A stretch of DNA of 63,708 bases, counting the filler, from Lama guanicoe (lineage: Eukaryota): assembly GCA_013239625.1 (NCBI GenBank). It is 157 parts of 157 records of this genome, joined end to end, with 100 filler letters (N's around TTAATTAATTAA, not from the genome) between each part and the next. Parts side by side here need not be neighbours in the genome. Positions count along the whole stretch, not along the records: positions 50,780 to 51,086 come from PNXV01054975.1; positions 51,187 to 51,493 come from PNXV01054976.1; positions 51,594 to 51,900 come from PNXV01054977.1; positions 52,001 to 52,307 come from PNXV01054978.1; positions 52,408 to 52,714 come from PNXV01054979.1; positions 52,815 to 53,121 come from PNXV01054980.1; positions 53,222 to 53,528 come from PNXV01054981.1; positions 53,629 to 53,935 come from PNXV01054982.1; 149 more parts are not named here. The stretch is one strand, 5' to 3'. The notes below the pieces were generated by a model. That model saw only the letters and a program-made list of their open reading frames with translations. It had not been told where the DNA came from and did no database searches. This document shows positions 50,680-63,708 of the stretch, one piece after another. Both the position numbers and the translations under genes were made by a program. Position 1 is the stretch's first letter. Every line of letters begins with the position of its first letter.

Positions 50680-52814
50680 NNNNNNNNNNNNNNNNNNNNN
50701 NNNNNNNNNNNNNNNNNNNNNNNTTAATTAATTAANNNNNNNNNNNNNNNNNNNNNNNNNNNNNNNNNNNNNNNNNNNNAGACTTGTGAGTTATCTTGTT
50801 AGACCAGCCCGGCTTTTCCTTCACAATTTATTCACTTGTTCCCAACAATTATGTTTAGATTACACATTAAAATTTTGTGATACTTTAGACCAAGTCAGCT
50901 GTCATTCCAAGCTATTTTTTTGCTGATAAATTTTGTAACAGAGATAACATAACCTTATTTGATTTTAGTGAACCCAGATACAATAAAAGTAAGACATGTT
51001 TTTATTAATTAAACCAACAAACAAACTTTCACACCAAATATTAATTTAATATTGAATATTTCCCAGATCATGTGAACTTGAAATTCNNNNNNNNNNNNNN
51101 NNNNNNNNNNNNNNNNNNNNNNNNNNNNNNTTAATTAATTAANNNNNNNNNNNNNNNNNNNNNNNNNNNNNNNNNNNNNNNNNNNNTCTTACTTGTATTA
51201 GAATAGGTGAGTCTTCCTGGCAGGTGAATTAGGAAACTTGCCCCTCTGGGCCAACACTGCTTCGTACCAGGGCACAGAGCTTGGCGAGCAGAGCTTTGGA
51301 TGGGTTTCAGCTCCCACCGGGCCCCTTAGCTGGTGTCTTTGAGCAGTGCCTAACCTGCCAACGGATGTAGCCCCACCCTTCCTCGCCCTGAGGACGGAGG
51401 AGAGAACTTCTGGTGGATGAGGTCAAGAGAGAGTCAGTGAGCCCTGACCACATCGTTTGATCCCTAGAGCCACCCTTGGACTCCCCTTTCACTNNNNNNN
51501 NNNNNNNNNNNNNNNNNNNNNNNNNNNNNNNNNNNNNTTAATTAATTAANNNNNNNNNNNNNNNNNNNNNNNNNNNNNNNNNNNNNNNNNNNNTTTGTAT
51601 TGTGTCAAACTAGAATTATTTTTACTGACTTTCTTCAGTTTGACTCTTACTACACTTAAAGATTACCTTTCTTTCCTTTATTTATTTATTGACAATTATC
51701 TGGTATTCCTTTCTTTGTTGCAGTGACTCAGTTTGCTGCCCAGCTAGCATACAGCTTTCTACACAAGAGAGGTACCCCACAGTGTGAGGCACTGGCCTGT
51801 GAGTTTATAAGGCACCGTTTATGAAGCTGTTGAAACTAGTTTACTGGCTCTCAGGAATGCTATAGAAGGTTTCCTTCTCCCTTCCAGATATTGTGATTAA
51901 NNNNNNNNNNNNNNNNNNNNNNNNNNNNNNNNNNNNNNNNNNNNTTAATTAATTAANNNNNNNNNNNNNNNNNNNNNNNNNNNNNNNNNNNNNNNNNNNN
52001 TTGTAAACTTACTATACTTCAATTTGAAAAAACAAAAAAAGGTACTCTACTTTGAGTATTTATCAAATGGGGCTATCTCCCCTGGTCCCTGGTGTATCAG
52101 TATGATGTAAAAGGATCTTGGAAAATAATTTACATGGCTTTTAGCTTATGCAAATCCAATAGGATTCTAGTATGGCAACGTTTCACTAAAATCTTAGCAG
52201 AGTTTCATTTTATAGGCTTGAAAGTCCTCTGAAATTTCACCATATATTTAAAGTCCTTTTCCTTTTTTCAAGGAAACAATCAATTGCGACAGCTTTTGTT
52301 CTCAAAANNNNNNNNNNNNNNNNNNNNNNNNNNNNNNNNNNNNNNNNNNNNTTAATTAATTAANNNNNNNNNNNNNNNNNNNNNNNNNNNNNNNNNNNNN
52401 NNNNNNNGGTAGTAAATAAAACAAAGTCCCTGGTAATTTAGAACTTTAGATTCCAGCAGCATTGGTGACTAATTCCATCCAGAGGTGTCTGCAGTTTCCC
52501 CCTGTATTCTTCATAGGAGGGGAGAAGGCATTCCAGGCTATGGCTGGCTCTGGGAGCCTGGGGCAGCACTCTCATCCCTAATGTATATTAAATAACATGT
52601 CCCTGGTACATTATCCTTCTCGGCCTTCGAGACTCCTCCTTAGAGCACTTGTGGGGCCAGGTGTGGGTGAAACCAGACTATGACACAAGTAGGATCTGAC
52701 CAAGGGAGGTTGTTNNNNNNNNNNNNNNNNNNNNNNNNNNNNNNNNNNNNNNNNNNNNTTAATTAATTAANNNNNNNNNNNNNNNNNNNNNNNNNNNNNN
52801 NNNNNNNNNNNNNN

Positions 52815-52972
52815 AATACTGATGAATGAAATATTTTACAATCTCTTTTCTCAGCAAGTCTTCGCAATCCAGTGTGCACGTTACACGTGCAGCACATCCC
52901 CATGCAGGTGAGCCACGTTTCAGGGGCCCCGTAGCTGCATCTGACGAGTCGCCACCACGCTAGGTGGCTCAG
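52815..52972. mobile_element. MER3/MER33-like hAT-Charlie relic
   Basis: atgaaatattttaca...aatccagtgtgcacgttacac..cagcacatc...agccacgtttcagggg. Confidence 0.7.
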
Positions 52973-55256
52973 ACCAGGAGATCGTGGGAAGGAAGGAAGT
53001 AAGAGCAGAGGATTTATGTCCCTAACTCCCCCCACCACAGGGTCCTCACAGGCTGGAGGGTCCCATCTCTTATTGACCAGCTTCTCTGTCTCAACACCCA
53101 ACATGTTAGCATCCTGAGGCTNNNNNNNNNNNNNNNNNNNNNNNNNNNNNNNNNNNNNNNNNNNNTTAATTAATTAANNNNNNNNNNNNNNNNNNNNNNN
53201 NNNNNNNNNNNNNNNNNNNNNGGCAAAACTGGATCAACTAGATTCTGCTTGATCAAGGCCCTGGTTTCTGTATATCTGCTCTGAGTGAAGCACTGGAGGG
53301 TCAGGCAGTATTGCAGAGGCACTGAAGGCTTGGGTTAGTTCCTGGCTTCTTCCTCTTTCAATATTCTTTAAACACGTACAAGACTCTTCCATAGACCTTT
53401 TTTAAAAAATCTCTTTTGGTCCCATTCTATCTCCTGGCAAACCGTTCAAACTTTTTACCCCTTCTCCAAATTTCTCAGAAGCACAGCCCACACTCCCATT
53501 TGCTAACATCTGTTCCATTACTGGACTGNNNNNNNNNNNNNNNNNNNNNNNNNNNNNNNNNNNNNNNNNNNNTTAATTAATTAANNNNNNNNNNNNNNNN
53601 NNNNNNNNNNNNNNNNNNNNNNNNNNNNCTAACTTCCAAGGTATTTTAAAGAGGTGACTGATACATTCTTACCTCACAAGCATGACTAATCAACAGCGCA
53701 AGAACATCAGAAAACTCATCATGAATAATTCCTTTACTTTTTAACCAAGTTTATGATGATATCAAAGAAACATATTGAGTCAGAAGTGTAGATTTCAACC
53801 CAAAAGAGTGAAGTGTAACTGCAGGATGATCCTATCTGGACGCTACTAGTCACAGGTGACAAGGTAAATTTTAATTAAGTTTTTACAATTAAAAATTCTG
53901 CTCCTCAGTCATACAAGCTACAATTCAAGCTTTCANNNNNNNNNNNNNNNNNNNNNNNNNNNNNNNNNNNNNNNNNNNNTTAATTAATTAANNNNNNNNN
54001 NNNNNNNNNNNNNNNNNNNNNNNNNNNNNNNNNNNCACACACACACACATATTTAGCAAGAGATAAGGGGAAAATTTAAGATACAATAAGGAGATATGAG
54101 ATTATACAGTCTGAAAGAAAACTCACTCCTTGGAAAGTTGCACTATGTGAGAAATCATCAATAAAATCAAGTCTAGGTGAATCTTCTCGAAAGCTACACC
54201 GAAATCCAGAAGATAATCCAAGGCCATTAGCTGCAGTGCACAACCAAATTTGTCAAAGCAAGTATGAGATGGCCACTAGGTTTCCTTTCATTCAGGTAAT
54301 GTATTTGTAACCCTGGGAAGAAGACATGAGTGTATTACTGGANNNNNNNNNNNNNNNNNNNNNNNNNNNNNNNNNNNNNNNNNNNNTTAATTAATTAANN
54401 NNNNNNNNNNNNNNNNNNNNNNNNNNNNNNNNNNNNNNNNNNCGGGGGGACATCCTGGCTGGGAACAGGGTTATTGAGATGCAGCCCTTTCCTTGTGGTT
54501 CATCTTAGCTTCTTTTCCACTGGCTTCCAGATTCCCCATGATGCAGATGAGAAGTCTGGTACTAGCTCATTCCTCTATATTTTGTGCACACCTCAATTTA
54601 TGCAATGTTATACATGAATATTTTTGTCTCTCCAGCAATCTTATTTGTTTACCTTTGAGCCCCTGGCAAAATGCCTCATGGATAGTAGGATTCCCCAAAT
54701 ATTTGCTGTATAAATAAATGGATGGGAGGACGGATGAAAGAAGGAAGGANNNNNNNNNNNNNNNNNNNNNNNNNNNNNNNNNNNNNNNNNNNNTTAATTA
54801 ATTAANNNNNNNNNNNNNNNNNNNNNNNNNNNNNNNNNNNNNNNNNNNNTGATGGATTGGTATTTCTTGTAAAAAGGGACATAGGTCCTTTGTGATTCCC
54901 TTTATCCCTCCAAGGGTGCTAGGGCGAGTAGCAGATGGCCAAGGCTGGCTGGGGAAGTCATGAGTAGGGATCTGGAGAGAATAGGAGGGGGCTGGCAGAC
55001 ACCCTAGGTCTAGCAGCTTATCTGAGGAGGTCAGCCAAGGCAGGAAGCATTGAGAAGGTTCCCAGAGCCTAGAGGGCAGGGCCCTGAGGCTGGAAGGAAC
55101 TGGGCCCACTGAGACTGGAGACCCCAAAGATGAACTCTGGTCCAGTGGAGGGCCTGNNNNNNNNNNNNNNNNNNNNNNNNNNNNNNNNNNNNNNNNNNNN
55201 TTAATTAATTAANNNNNNNNNNNNNNNNNNNNNNNNNNNNNNNNNNNNNNNNNNNN

Positions 55257-55440
55257 GCCACCTGCTTTTGTAAATTAGATTGTACTGAAACACAGTGACG
55301 TCCATGTATTTATGTGTTGTCAGTGATGGCTGTCAGGCTAGAAAAGCAGAACTAAGTCGTTGCCCCAGATAGAATGTCTCACAGAACGTAACATAGTTAC
55401 GGCCTCGACCTTTACAGAAAATGCTTGCCGACCTCTCCTG
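55257..55440. mobile_element. MER58A-like relic
   Basis: gccacctgcttttgtaaat...actgaaacacag...cctttacagaaaatgcttgccgacc. Confidence 0.75.
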
Positions 55441-56477
55441 CGCGATATAGTACTTTACGGTCTCAACACAGATTATGGGGGGTGAATAAAGATTCCCCCT
55501 CTGGTATATCTGGGTTCCCAGGCGCCCTCCAGTCCCAGAACCTGCCACAGTCCCCGCTCAGTGNNNNNNNNNNNNNNNNNNNNNNNNNNNNNNNNNNNNN
55601 NNNNNNNTTAATTAATTAANNNNNNNNNNNNNNNNNNNNNNNNNNNNNNNNNNNNNNNNNNNNAGTGCCAAGTTCAGGTCTCAGAGCTTTGGGCCTGGAG
55701 CTCAGACTAGGTCCCAGAGTGTGGCCCCTCCCTTCCTCCCAGGCCTCTGGATACTCAGACAAAAGGATGGAAAAAGCCCCAGCCCCAGTCCAGGAGCAGA
55801 CCTTGGGCAAGACCTAATGCCTCTGCCTCTGCACTGAGCAGAAGGGCTGAGTGGGGAGGACAGAGCATGGAGACAGCCTGCCAGGCCAGGCCCGGGCCAA
55901 GTCTGCAGGGGCTCTGGCCATGTCAGGGCCGGTACACGGACAGACTGAGCCAAGAGCTCTAGCCAAGGGCNNNNNNNNNNNNNNNNNNNNNNNNNNNNNN
56001 NNNNNNNNNNNNNNTTAATTAATTAANNNNNNNNNNNNNNNNNNNNNNNNNNNNNNNNNNNNNNNNNNNNGTGAAGCCTCACTGCCACCTTGCAGATGGG
56101 GACACTGAGGCTGGGAGGTGAGGGACGGTCCCAAGCCCACACAACCATGAGAGGGGCAGCCCGAGTGCAGCCGTCCTGGCCTGGTTCGTTCAGAGCTGGA
56201 GGCCGCCCACGCTCGGCTCTCGCCGTGCCTACAGACCTGTCAGGATGGACGCCAGGAGAGGACTGCAGAGCAGTAACCGACCTTATGTCGCCGGCAAGCT
56301 GGGCCCAGGCAGCAAGAAGCAAGGAGTCCCTGTGGGCAGGAGGCCAGTGTGTGCATGGTCCGCAGAGCGGAGGTGCCNNNNNNNNNNNNNNNNNNNNNNN
56401 NNNNNNNNNNNNNNNNNNNNNTTAATTAATTAANNNNNNNNNNNNNNNNNNNNNNNNNNNNNNNNNNNNNNNNNNNN

Positions 56478-56784
56478 CCATTAAAACTGGAAAACACATT
56501 TGCTGAGATAAGAGCTGAGCAAAGGCTGTAAAAAGTAAGCTAGATAATGCACAGGAATGAGTAAGGGACTTAGAAGACATGACAACAGAGGTCACCCAAT
56601 CAGAACAGCTGAGAAAACACAAATAAACAGTAATGAAAACAATATAAGGTACCTATGGGATAATATAAAGTGTGCAAACCTAAATGTAATAGGGGTCCCA
56701 GAAGGTGAAGAAAGAGCAAAGGATATTGAAAGGTATTTGAAGAAATCATGACTGAAAACTTCCTAAACCTAAAGAAGGAATCAG
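56478..56784 (+). mobile_element. LINE-1 ORF1 fragment
   Basis: NENNIRYLWDNIKCANLNVIGVPEGEER and FEEIMTENFLNL are L1 ORF1p RRM-entry motifs. Confidence 0.93.
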
Positions 56785-57698
56785 NNNNNNNNNNNNNNNN
56801 NNNNNNNNNNNNNNNNNNNNNNNNNNNNTTAATTAATTAANNNNNNNNNNNNNNNNNNNNNNNNNNNNNNNNNNNNNNNNNNNNTGAACAATTTGGCTTA
56901 AACAAAGGAATCTCTAAACCTTTAACTCTCAAATTAAGGTTTGTTTTCGTCATTTTTCCAAATTCAAAAAGTTTGGCGGTTTATTTTGATGCTACACATT
57001 TCATGAAGCTCTGCGTGCGTGGCCTGGGATTAGGACAGGCTTCAGTGAGAAACACGGCACTACTGTAAAAGGTGCTGTTCTTGCAGAATTTCCAACCCAG
57101 TTTAAACCCATTCATTCTTGATATAAGAAATATTTAGTATCGTGGGATTTACAGTCCAATTTTCTGACTAAATAGGTTCAGATAATTTCTGNNNNNNNNN
57201 NNNNNNNNNNNNNNNNNNNNNNNNNNNNNNNNNNNTTAATTAATTAANNNNNNNNNNNNNNNNNNNNNNNNNNNNNNNNNNNNNNNNNNNNAAAGCTAAT
57301 TAGGAGTTGCTTTCCAATGTACAATGTACAATTTCCATTATACAATTTCCCATAACCAAAGGACAATGATAAAGAAACATGGGATGGAAATGTGATGTGC
57401 TCTTCTCAGAATTGCATATAATGAACTAGTCATAAAATGCATGCTAACTAATAACTTGGCTTCAGGCATTTCAGGTTTAGAGGTTTTGTACTGTTGGCAG
57501 CCTAAAAGTTGATAGCTGTGTTTTCTTTGGTGGGAGGATTCTAGCCGGGATGATAGCCTCTCAGATCGCTCTGAGGGACTGCTCCAAAGAGGTAGGGGNN
57601 NNNNNNNNNNNNNNNNNNNNNNNNNNNNNNNNNNNNNNNNNNTTAATTAATTAANNNNNNNNNNNNNNNNNNNNNNNNNNNNNNNNNNNNNNNNNNNN

Positions 57699-58005
57699 TT
57701 CTTGGAGAAATTACTGATTCTAGTCCTGGGCAGGAAACATACAAGATAAGCTTGAAACATTTTGCCAAACCAGATGTCAAGGAAGCGTTCAGACTACAAG
57801 GATCACATCAAAAGGACTTAAAACCTAACCTGAAGGGGTTCTAACTGGTGACAAGATGAGACAGTTTGAACAGCAGCAAATGCAATAACTGCAGTGCACT
57901 GTAATCTGTCAAATAGGTTTTAATCCTTGACTTCATTTTGGTTTTTAAAATTCATTATCTTCGCAAGATGACAGAGTAGCAATTCATTGTTTTGATAATG
58001 GATAA
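57699..58005 (+). mobile_element. L1MC4-like 3' region
   Basis: ttggagaaattactgattctagtcctgggcaggaaacatacaagataagcttgaaacat. Confidence 0.55.
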
Positions 58006-58919
58006 NNNNNNNNNNNNNNNNNNNNNNNNNNNNNNNNNNNNNNNNNNNNTTAATTAATTAANNNNNNNNNNNNNNNNNNNNNNNNNNNNNNNNNNNNNNN
58101 NNNNNGTTAACTACCCACTTAGAGTGAGTAATTCCTACAGCTGATAAAATATTTTTTATTAACCTGCGGGAGGCATTGAAATGGTGAGTGTGGGCCTTAA
58201 CAAGACTCCAGACTTCTGGGAAAGCATCCAGCCCACTTTTAGAGATTTAGATTTTTAGACACTTAGAGATCTATCTTTGTAGAAATTCAGAGCAGTACAC
58301 AGACACCCCTTATGAGCATAATCCAGGTCCTCTTTCTAGATCCTAGACTTGGTTTCCCCACCAAACTCTGTGCTGCCACCCCTGTTTCTTCCCTTGCCCA
58401 AGCCTGTCCCCCNNNNNNNNNNNNNNNNNNNNNNNNNNNNNNNNNNNNNNNNNNNNTTAATTAATTAANNNNNNNNNNNNNNNNNNNNNNNNNNNNNNNN
58501 NNNNNNNNNNNNGCCAGTTATAACCAGGTGGCAGTTGCCACTCAGGGATGCTACATCTCATTTCTTGAAAGGGGCACATTTTCAGGCCAAGTCTCCCAAG
58601 GTGGAGATGCTGGCACCAAAGTCGCACAACACTGTTCAGGCCAAGTGGGGTGATGTGTGCACCAGACCTGCCTGCTGGCTGATGGCTTGCAGTCTCTGAA
58701 TTGTCTTTAGTCCCATGTGCCAGACTCTGTGCTAAGGAAGAATTTCCAGATTCCAAAAGAACATCTGCTACATGAAGGCAGAGACATTTGAGTCTCTTCT
58801 GTTCATTGTTTTATCTCCANNNNNNNNNNNNNNNNNNNNNNNNNNNNNNNNNNNNNNNNNNNNTTAATTAATTAANNNNNNNNNNNNNNNNNNNNNNNNN
58901 NNNNNNNNNNNNNNNNNNN

Positions 58920-59226
58920 GCAAGGAGAGACCAAAGGAAGAGGCAGACCAGGCCATATTGGTGGGTTGCAGATTTAATAAGCAAAGGAGCTTACATAGGA
59001 GGCTTGTCTTGAGCGGACGCAATGTAGATCTCCCCACCATACCCTATTCCCTGCCAGAATCTTAAAAGCTTATATAGAGGACTTAATAGTCAGTCAAGAT
59101 GGTCTCAACATCACCTTAGTCTCTCAAGTTTGCATCCTTGAAATGGCTCCTAGTGATGGAAGGTTGAGTAGAGCATACATTCCAAGGACAGGGGATGGGT
59201 AGGGAGCCTCTCTGATTGCCAGGATC
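58920..59226 (-). mobile_element. ERV1-type LTR fragment
   Basis: Antisense polyA-like (tttaat) and TATA-like (aaagcttatatagagg) signals in LTR spacing. Confidence 0.5.
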
Positions 59227-59326
59227 NNNNNNNNNNNNNNNNNNNNNNNNNNNNNNNNNNNNNNNNNNNNTTAATTAATTAANNNNNNNNNNNNNNNNNN
59301 NNNNNNNNNNNNNNNNNNNNNNNNNN

Positions 59327-59460
59327 CCACCAGAGGTCCAGGACCAAGCCTCACCCAGAGGTGGGCAGGCACTGGATCCTCCTGCCAGGAAACCTGCAAA
59401 AGCCTCTAGTCCAGCCTCATCCAGCAGGGGCAGATAGTAGAAATAAGGAAACAATAACCC
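59327..59460 (+). mobile_element. LINE-1 5' UTR fragment (artiodactyl type)
   Basis: agcctctagtccagcctcatccagcagggggcagatagtagaaataagg resembles the recalled L1 5' UTR just before ORF1. Confidence 0.6.
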
Positions 59461-59957
59461 CGGCTTTTTCACTGCCTCCTCTTCGGACATGGCTTGAACT
59501 CTAAGGAATGTGTACCTACTTTTACTTTAACCTGAGCACCCAATTCCCATACTGCTTTCCTTGCCTTTCTCTTGCGTTACACCTTATGCAGTATGTGTCT
59601 CTCTAAATAAATCTACCTTTACTCAAAAAAAAANNNNNNNNNNNNNNNNNNNNNNNNNNNNNNNNNNNNNNNNNNNNTTAATTAATTAANNNNNNNNNNN
59701 NNNNNNNNNNNNNNNNNNNNNNNNNNNNNNNNNCTCTTTTTTTATTTTTCTAAGTCATTTGTTTCTTTTTAGAATAACTAATACATTCAACTGGTTTAAA
59801 ATTCAAGAACAAAACAGGGAAAATGTTCTTTCCTCTTCTTTCCCAACCACTCAGTCACTCTTCCCAGACACAACCAATATTATCACTTTTTTTAATGAAT
59901 GTGTCTAGAGATAATTTATTCAAATAGAGGCATATTTATTTATTTATTTTAAACTTA

Positions 59958-60039
59958 CTTTATTTTATTTTTTGAGAGGGGAGGTAATTAGGTTTACTTA
60001 TTTATGTTTAGAGGAGGTACTGGGGATTGAACCCAGGAC
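59958..60039 (-). mobile_element. vic-1-like SINE, 3' part
   Basis: ggggaggtaattaggttt...ggaggtactggggattgaacccaggac; same family as 30846-30972. Confidence 0.85.
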
Positions 60040-60211
60040 NNNNNNNNNNNNNNNNNNNNNNNNNNNNNNNNNNNNNNNNNNNNTTAATTAATTAANNNNN
60101 NNNNNNNNNNNNNNNNNNNNNNNNNNNNNNNNNNNNNNNGCAGTTTTGATAACTGAGCTTTTTCCTTTTTAAAAATCTTGAACCTCTTGGTGCAATCATT
60201 AAATTCAATAA

Positions 60212-60446
60212 TGTGGTGGGGGTGGGAGAAGTGTGTGGCAATGATCAAAAGGCACAAACATCCAGTTACAAGATAAAAAATGTTCTGGAGATGTGTGTAC
60301 AGCAAGGCAACTATAGTTAACAATACTTTATTGCATATTTAAAAGTTTCTAAGAGAGCAGAACTTAACCTTCTTATCACAAAAATTGTAATATGTGAGAT
60401 GATGAATTGTAACTAAATTTATTGTAATCATTTTGTAATATATTTA
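60212..60446 (+). mobile_element. L1MA-type 3' UTR
   Basis: tcaaaaggcacaaacatccagttacaagataa...actatagttaacaatac...taagagag. Confidence 0.8.
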
Positions 60447-61361
60447 NNNNNNNNNNNNNNNNNNNNNNNNNNNNNNNNNNNNNNNNNNNNTTAATTAATT
60501 AANNNNNNNNNNNNNNNNNNNNNNNNNNNNNNNNNNNNNNNNNNNNAGTTTATAGTATTTTTACTAATTTTTAAAAGAAAGTTAACATTTTTGTTATTTC
60601 CCTTTTTATCCAAGAGTTGTTTCATAGAATTTGAAAAATTCCTGGCAAGAGAGGTTTTTAAATTTTGCATTGTTTTCAGTCTGTTTTTATTGCATAGAAA
60701 TCAAAGAATGTTATTTCTATAACTGCTTAACAGAGTTTGATTATTTGTGATCTAATATCACTCTTCATGACTATTCCATGTATACTTCAGAAAATGGTTT
60801 ATTCTCGGTTATCAGGATAAAAGTTTGATAACTATCTGTAAGATTGACCTTATTNNNNNNNNNNNNNNNNNNNNNNNNNNNNNNNNNNNNNNNNNNNNTT
60901 AATTAATTAANNNNNNNNNNNNNNNNNNNNNNNNNNNNNNNNNNNNNNNNNNNNCCTTCACAGAGGACATTCTCCCATAACTGCCCCGTGTGGACCCAGC
61001 ATTGTAAAGAACATTGTTATCCTAGAAACAATACCCACAAACGCTTGGTGGTAAAGATGCTGAGAGCAGGTGAATTTTTGACTCCAATTACAGAAAACTG
61101 TATTGAAATAAGGATTTAGCACCATGATATAATCACTGAGCTCTAGTCAAACACACCTCTCTCTTTCTCCTTCCCTCCCCTTTCCCTCACTTGGCCTTTC
61201 CTCTGCCTCCCCAGAGATATTAGTCAGCTGCTCTATGCAGGTAAAATTCACAAAATGAACANNNNNNNNNNNNNNNNNNNNNNNNNNNNNNNNNNNNNNN
61301 NNNNNTTAATTAATTAANNNNNNNNNNNNNNNNNNNNNNNNNNNNNNNNNNNNNNNNNNNN

Positions 61362-61667
<306 letters not shown>

Positions 61668-61770
61668 CCNNNNNNNNNNNNNNNNNNNNNNNNNNNNNNN
61701 NNNNNNNNNNNNNTTAATTAATTAANNNNNNNNNNNNNNNNNNNNNNNNNNNNNNNNNNNNNNNNNNNNT

Positions 61771-62076
<306 letters not shown>

Positions 62077-63401
62077 GNNNNNNNNNNNNNNNNNNNNNNN
62101 NNNNNNNNNNNNNNNNNNNNNTTAATTAATTAANNNNNNNNNNNNNNNNNNNNNNNNNNNNNNNNNNNNNNNNNNNNTTGAGAGCAGCACGTTTGAAAGT
62201 GGCATTTCCGGGGACAGAACAAGGCTTGAGGACCAGGACCATCGGGGTCCTCATTCTGTACCTGCTCGGAGGTAGCTGAGGAACCAGCGGGGCCAGGTAT
62301 GCCCGTGCAACTGTCTCTTTGTCGCCTGGTGTCCTTCCCCCTCGTGCCCCAGCGTTCAGTGAGCTTCCACTAAGACGGTCTGTGCAAAAGCCCGTAAATA
62401 GATGAGAAGACACCACGCAACTATCAAATATTGTTATTTCTCTACATTAGAGGAGCCGTCTTTTCTGAAGCTGTTTGAAGGGCGGNNNNNNNNNNNNNNN
62501 NNNNNNNNNNNNNNNNNNNNNNNNNNNNNTTAATTAATTAANNNNNNNNNNNNNNNNNNNNNNNNNNNNNNNNNNNNNNNNNNNNAAAAAAAATGGATGG
62601 GGCTGGAACGGGGTACAATAATGTGAGTTGTTTGATATGGTTATTATGGAAGCTGTGTGAAGTGAGAAATGCAGCCTGATAAGTAGAGTGGAGCCAAATC
62701 ATGTAAACTCATGTGTGATAAAGAATTCTGTGGGGGCTGAGAAGCCATGAAAAGTTCTTGAGAGCCTCCGGAGAAAGCTTCTTAAAGATTCAGCACAATG
62801 TCCAGTGACAGAAAAAGATCCCACTAGACATCTGCCAGGAAAAGCCCAAAGGCATGTGTAGGGAAATTATGTGGGCAAGATACTAAGTCATGGNNNNNNN
62901 NNNNNNNNNNNNNNNNNNNNNNNNNNNNNNNNNNNNNTTAATTAATTAANNNNNNNNNNNNNNNNNNNNNNNNNNNNNNNNNNNNNNNNNNNNAACAAGG
63001 TAGACAGTTTTAAAATAAGGCATGAATTACAGAACTATCACTTTTTAAATATGAATCTTCATAAATATTTATCTGTTTAGGGCCACGGTATGTGATATGT
63101 GACATGTTCCATGTCAGACTGAGGAATTAGTTTAAGATAAAAATTAAAATCAGTTCTAAGTTTTTAGAGCTGCCTTTTGGTCAGCTTTAAGCTGTAGCAT
63201 GTTGATTTTAGCACAAATAATTTGGTCCATATTTCAGAAGGAAAGTGTTTTTGCTCATTTCTTAACTTAAAATGTCAAATATATTTTCAAAAATATTTAA
63301 ANNNNNNNNNNNNNNNNNNNNNNNNNNNNNNNNNNNNNNNNNNNNTTAATTAATTAANNNNNNNNNNNNNNNNNNNNNNNNNNNNNNNNNNNNNNNNNNN
63401 N

Positions 63402-63708
63402 GTTCATCTAGCAGAAAGGGAACAGGTTGCAGGGGAAACACTTACTCTGGCTTCTCAGTCTGTCTTCTAGTTCCACTTTGTAGTTCATGCAGTATTCACT
63501 GTAAAACCGAGATGGCGATTGTACCTCCACATAAATATGTAAGTAGTGGAGTTTGCAATGAAGAGAAACTTTGTCTTCCAAAGAAGGTAGCTGACCGAAC
63601 GCGTTCACACACGCTCAACTCTTAAAAATGAGCATGTTGAGAGACATTCGTTCATCTACCACAAAGGAACAGGTAGCAGAAAAAACACTTACTCTGGTTT
63701 CTCAGTCT
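63402..63708 (+). repeat. ~248-bp satellite (1.2 monomers)
   Basis: GTTCATCTA..AAAGG(G)AACAGGT.GCAG...AAACACTTACTCTGG.TTCTCAGTCT at 63402-63461 and again at 63650-63708. Confidence 0.9.

Noticed and set aside
53673..53831. Possible minus-strand exon DHPAVTLHSF...LISHACE ending at a strong GAG|GTAAGA donor
   Set aside because: It has an internal TAA, a weak acceptor and no recognised homologue, so it cannot be supported.

Overview
This window is not contiguous genome. It is a concatenation of about 157 unrelated mammalian mini-contigs of about 300-308 bp, roughly sorted by increasing length. Each is joined to the next by an identical 100-bp artificial spacer (44 N + TTAATTAATTAA + 44 N), typical of a 'chrUn' bin of unplaced contigs, so adjacency between fragments has no biological meaning. 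Four copies of a tRNA-Ala-derived SINE resembling vic-1 suggest a camelid source. Most fragments are L1, L2, MIR, LTR or MER relics, or anonymous DNA. Recognisable gene pieces are SPIRE1 exon 1, TRBC exons 2-3, and an IGLV promoter/leader/V start. There are also diverged or disabled copies of COL9A1, KIF21A, ZNF532 and a CCDC144/ANKRD26-family exon. Two satellite families each occur in two independent fragments: a ~248-bp monomer and an AGAATAT-heptamer array with a ~187-bp higher-order unit. One fragment captures an L1 twin-priming inversion junction. I see no support for a novel multi-gene system. Gene and repeat names come from recalled sequences, not from database searches.
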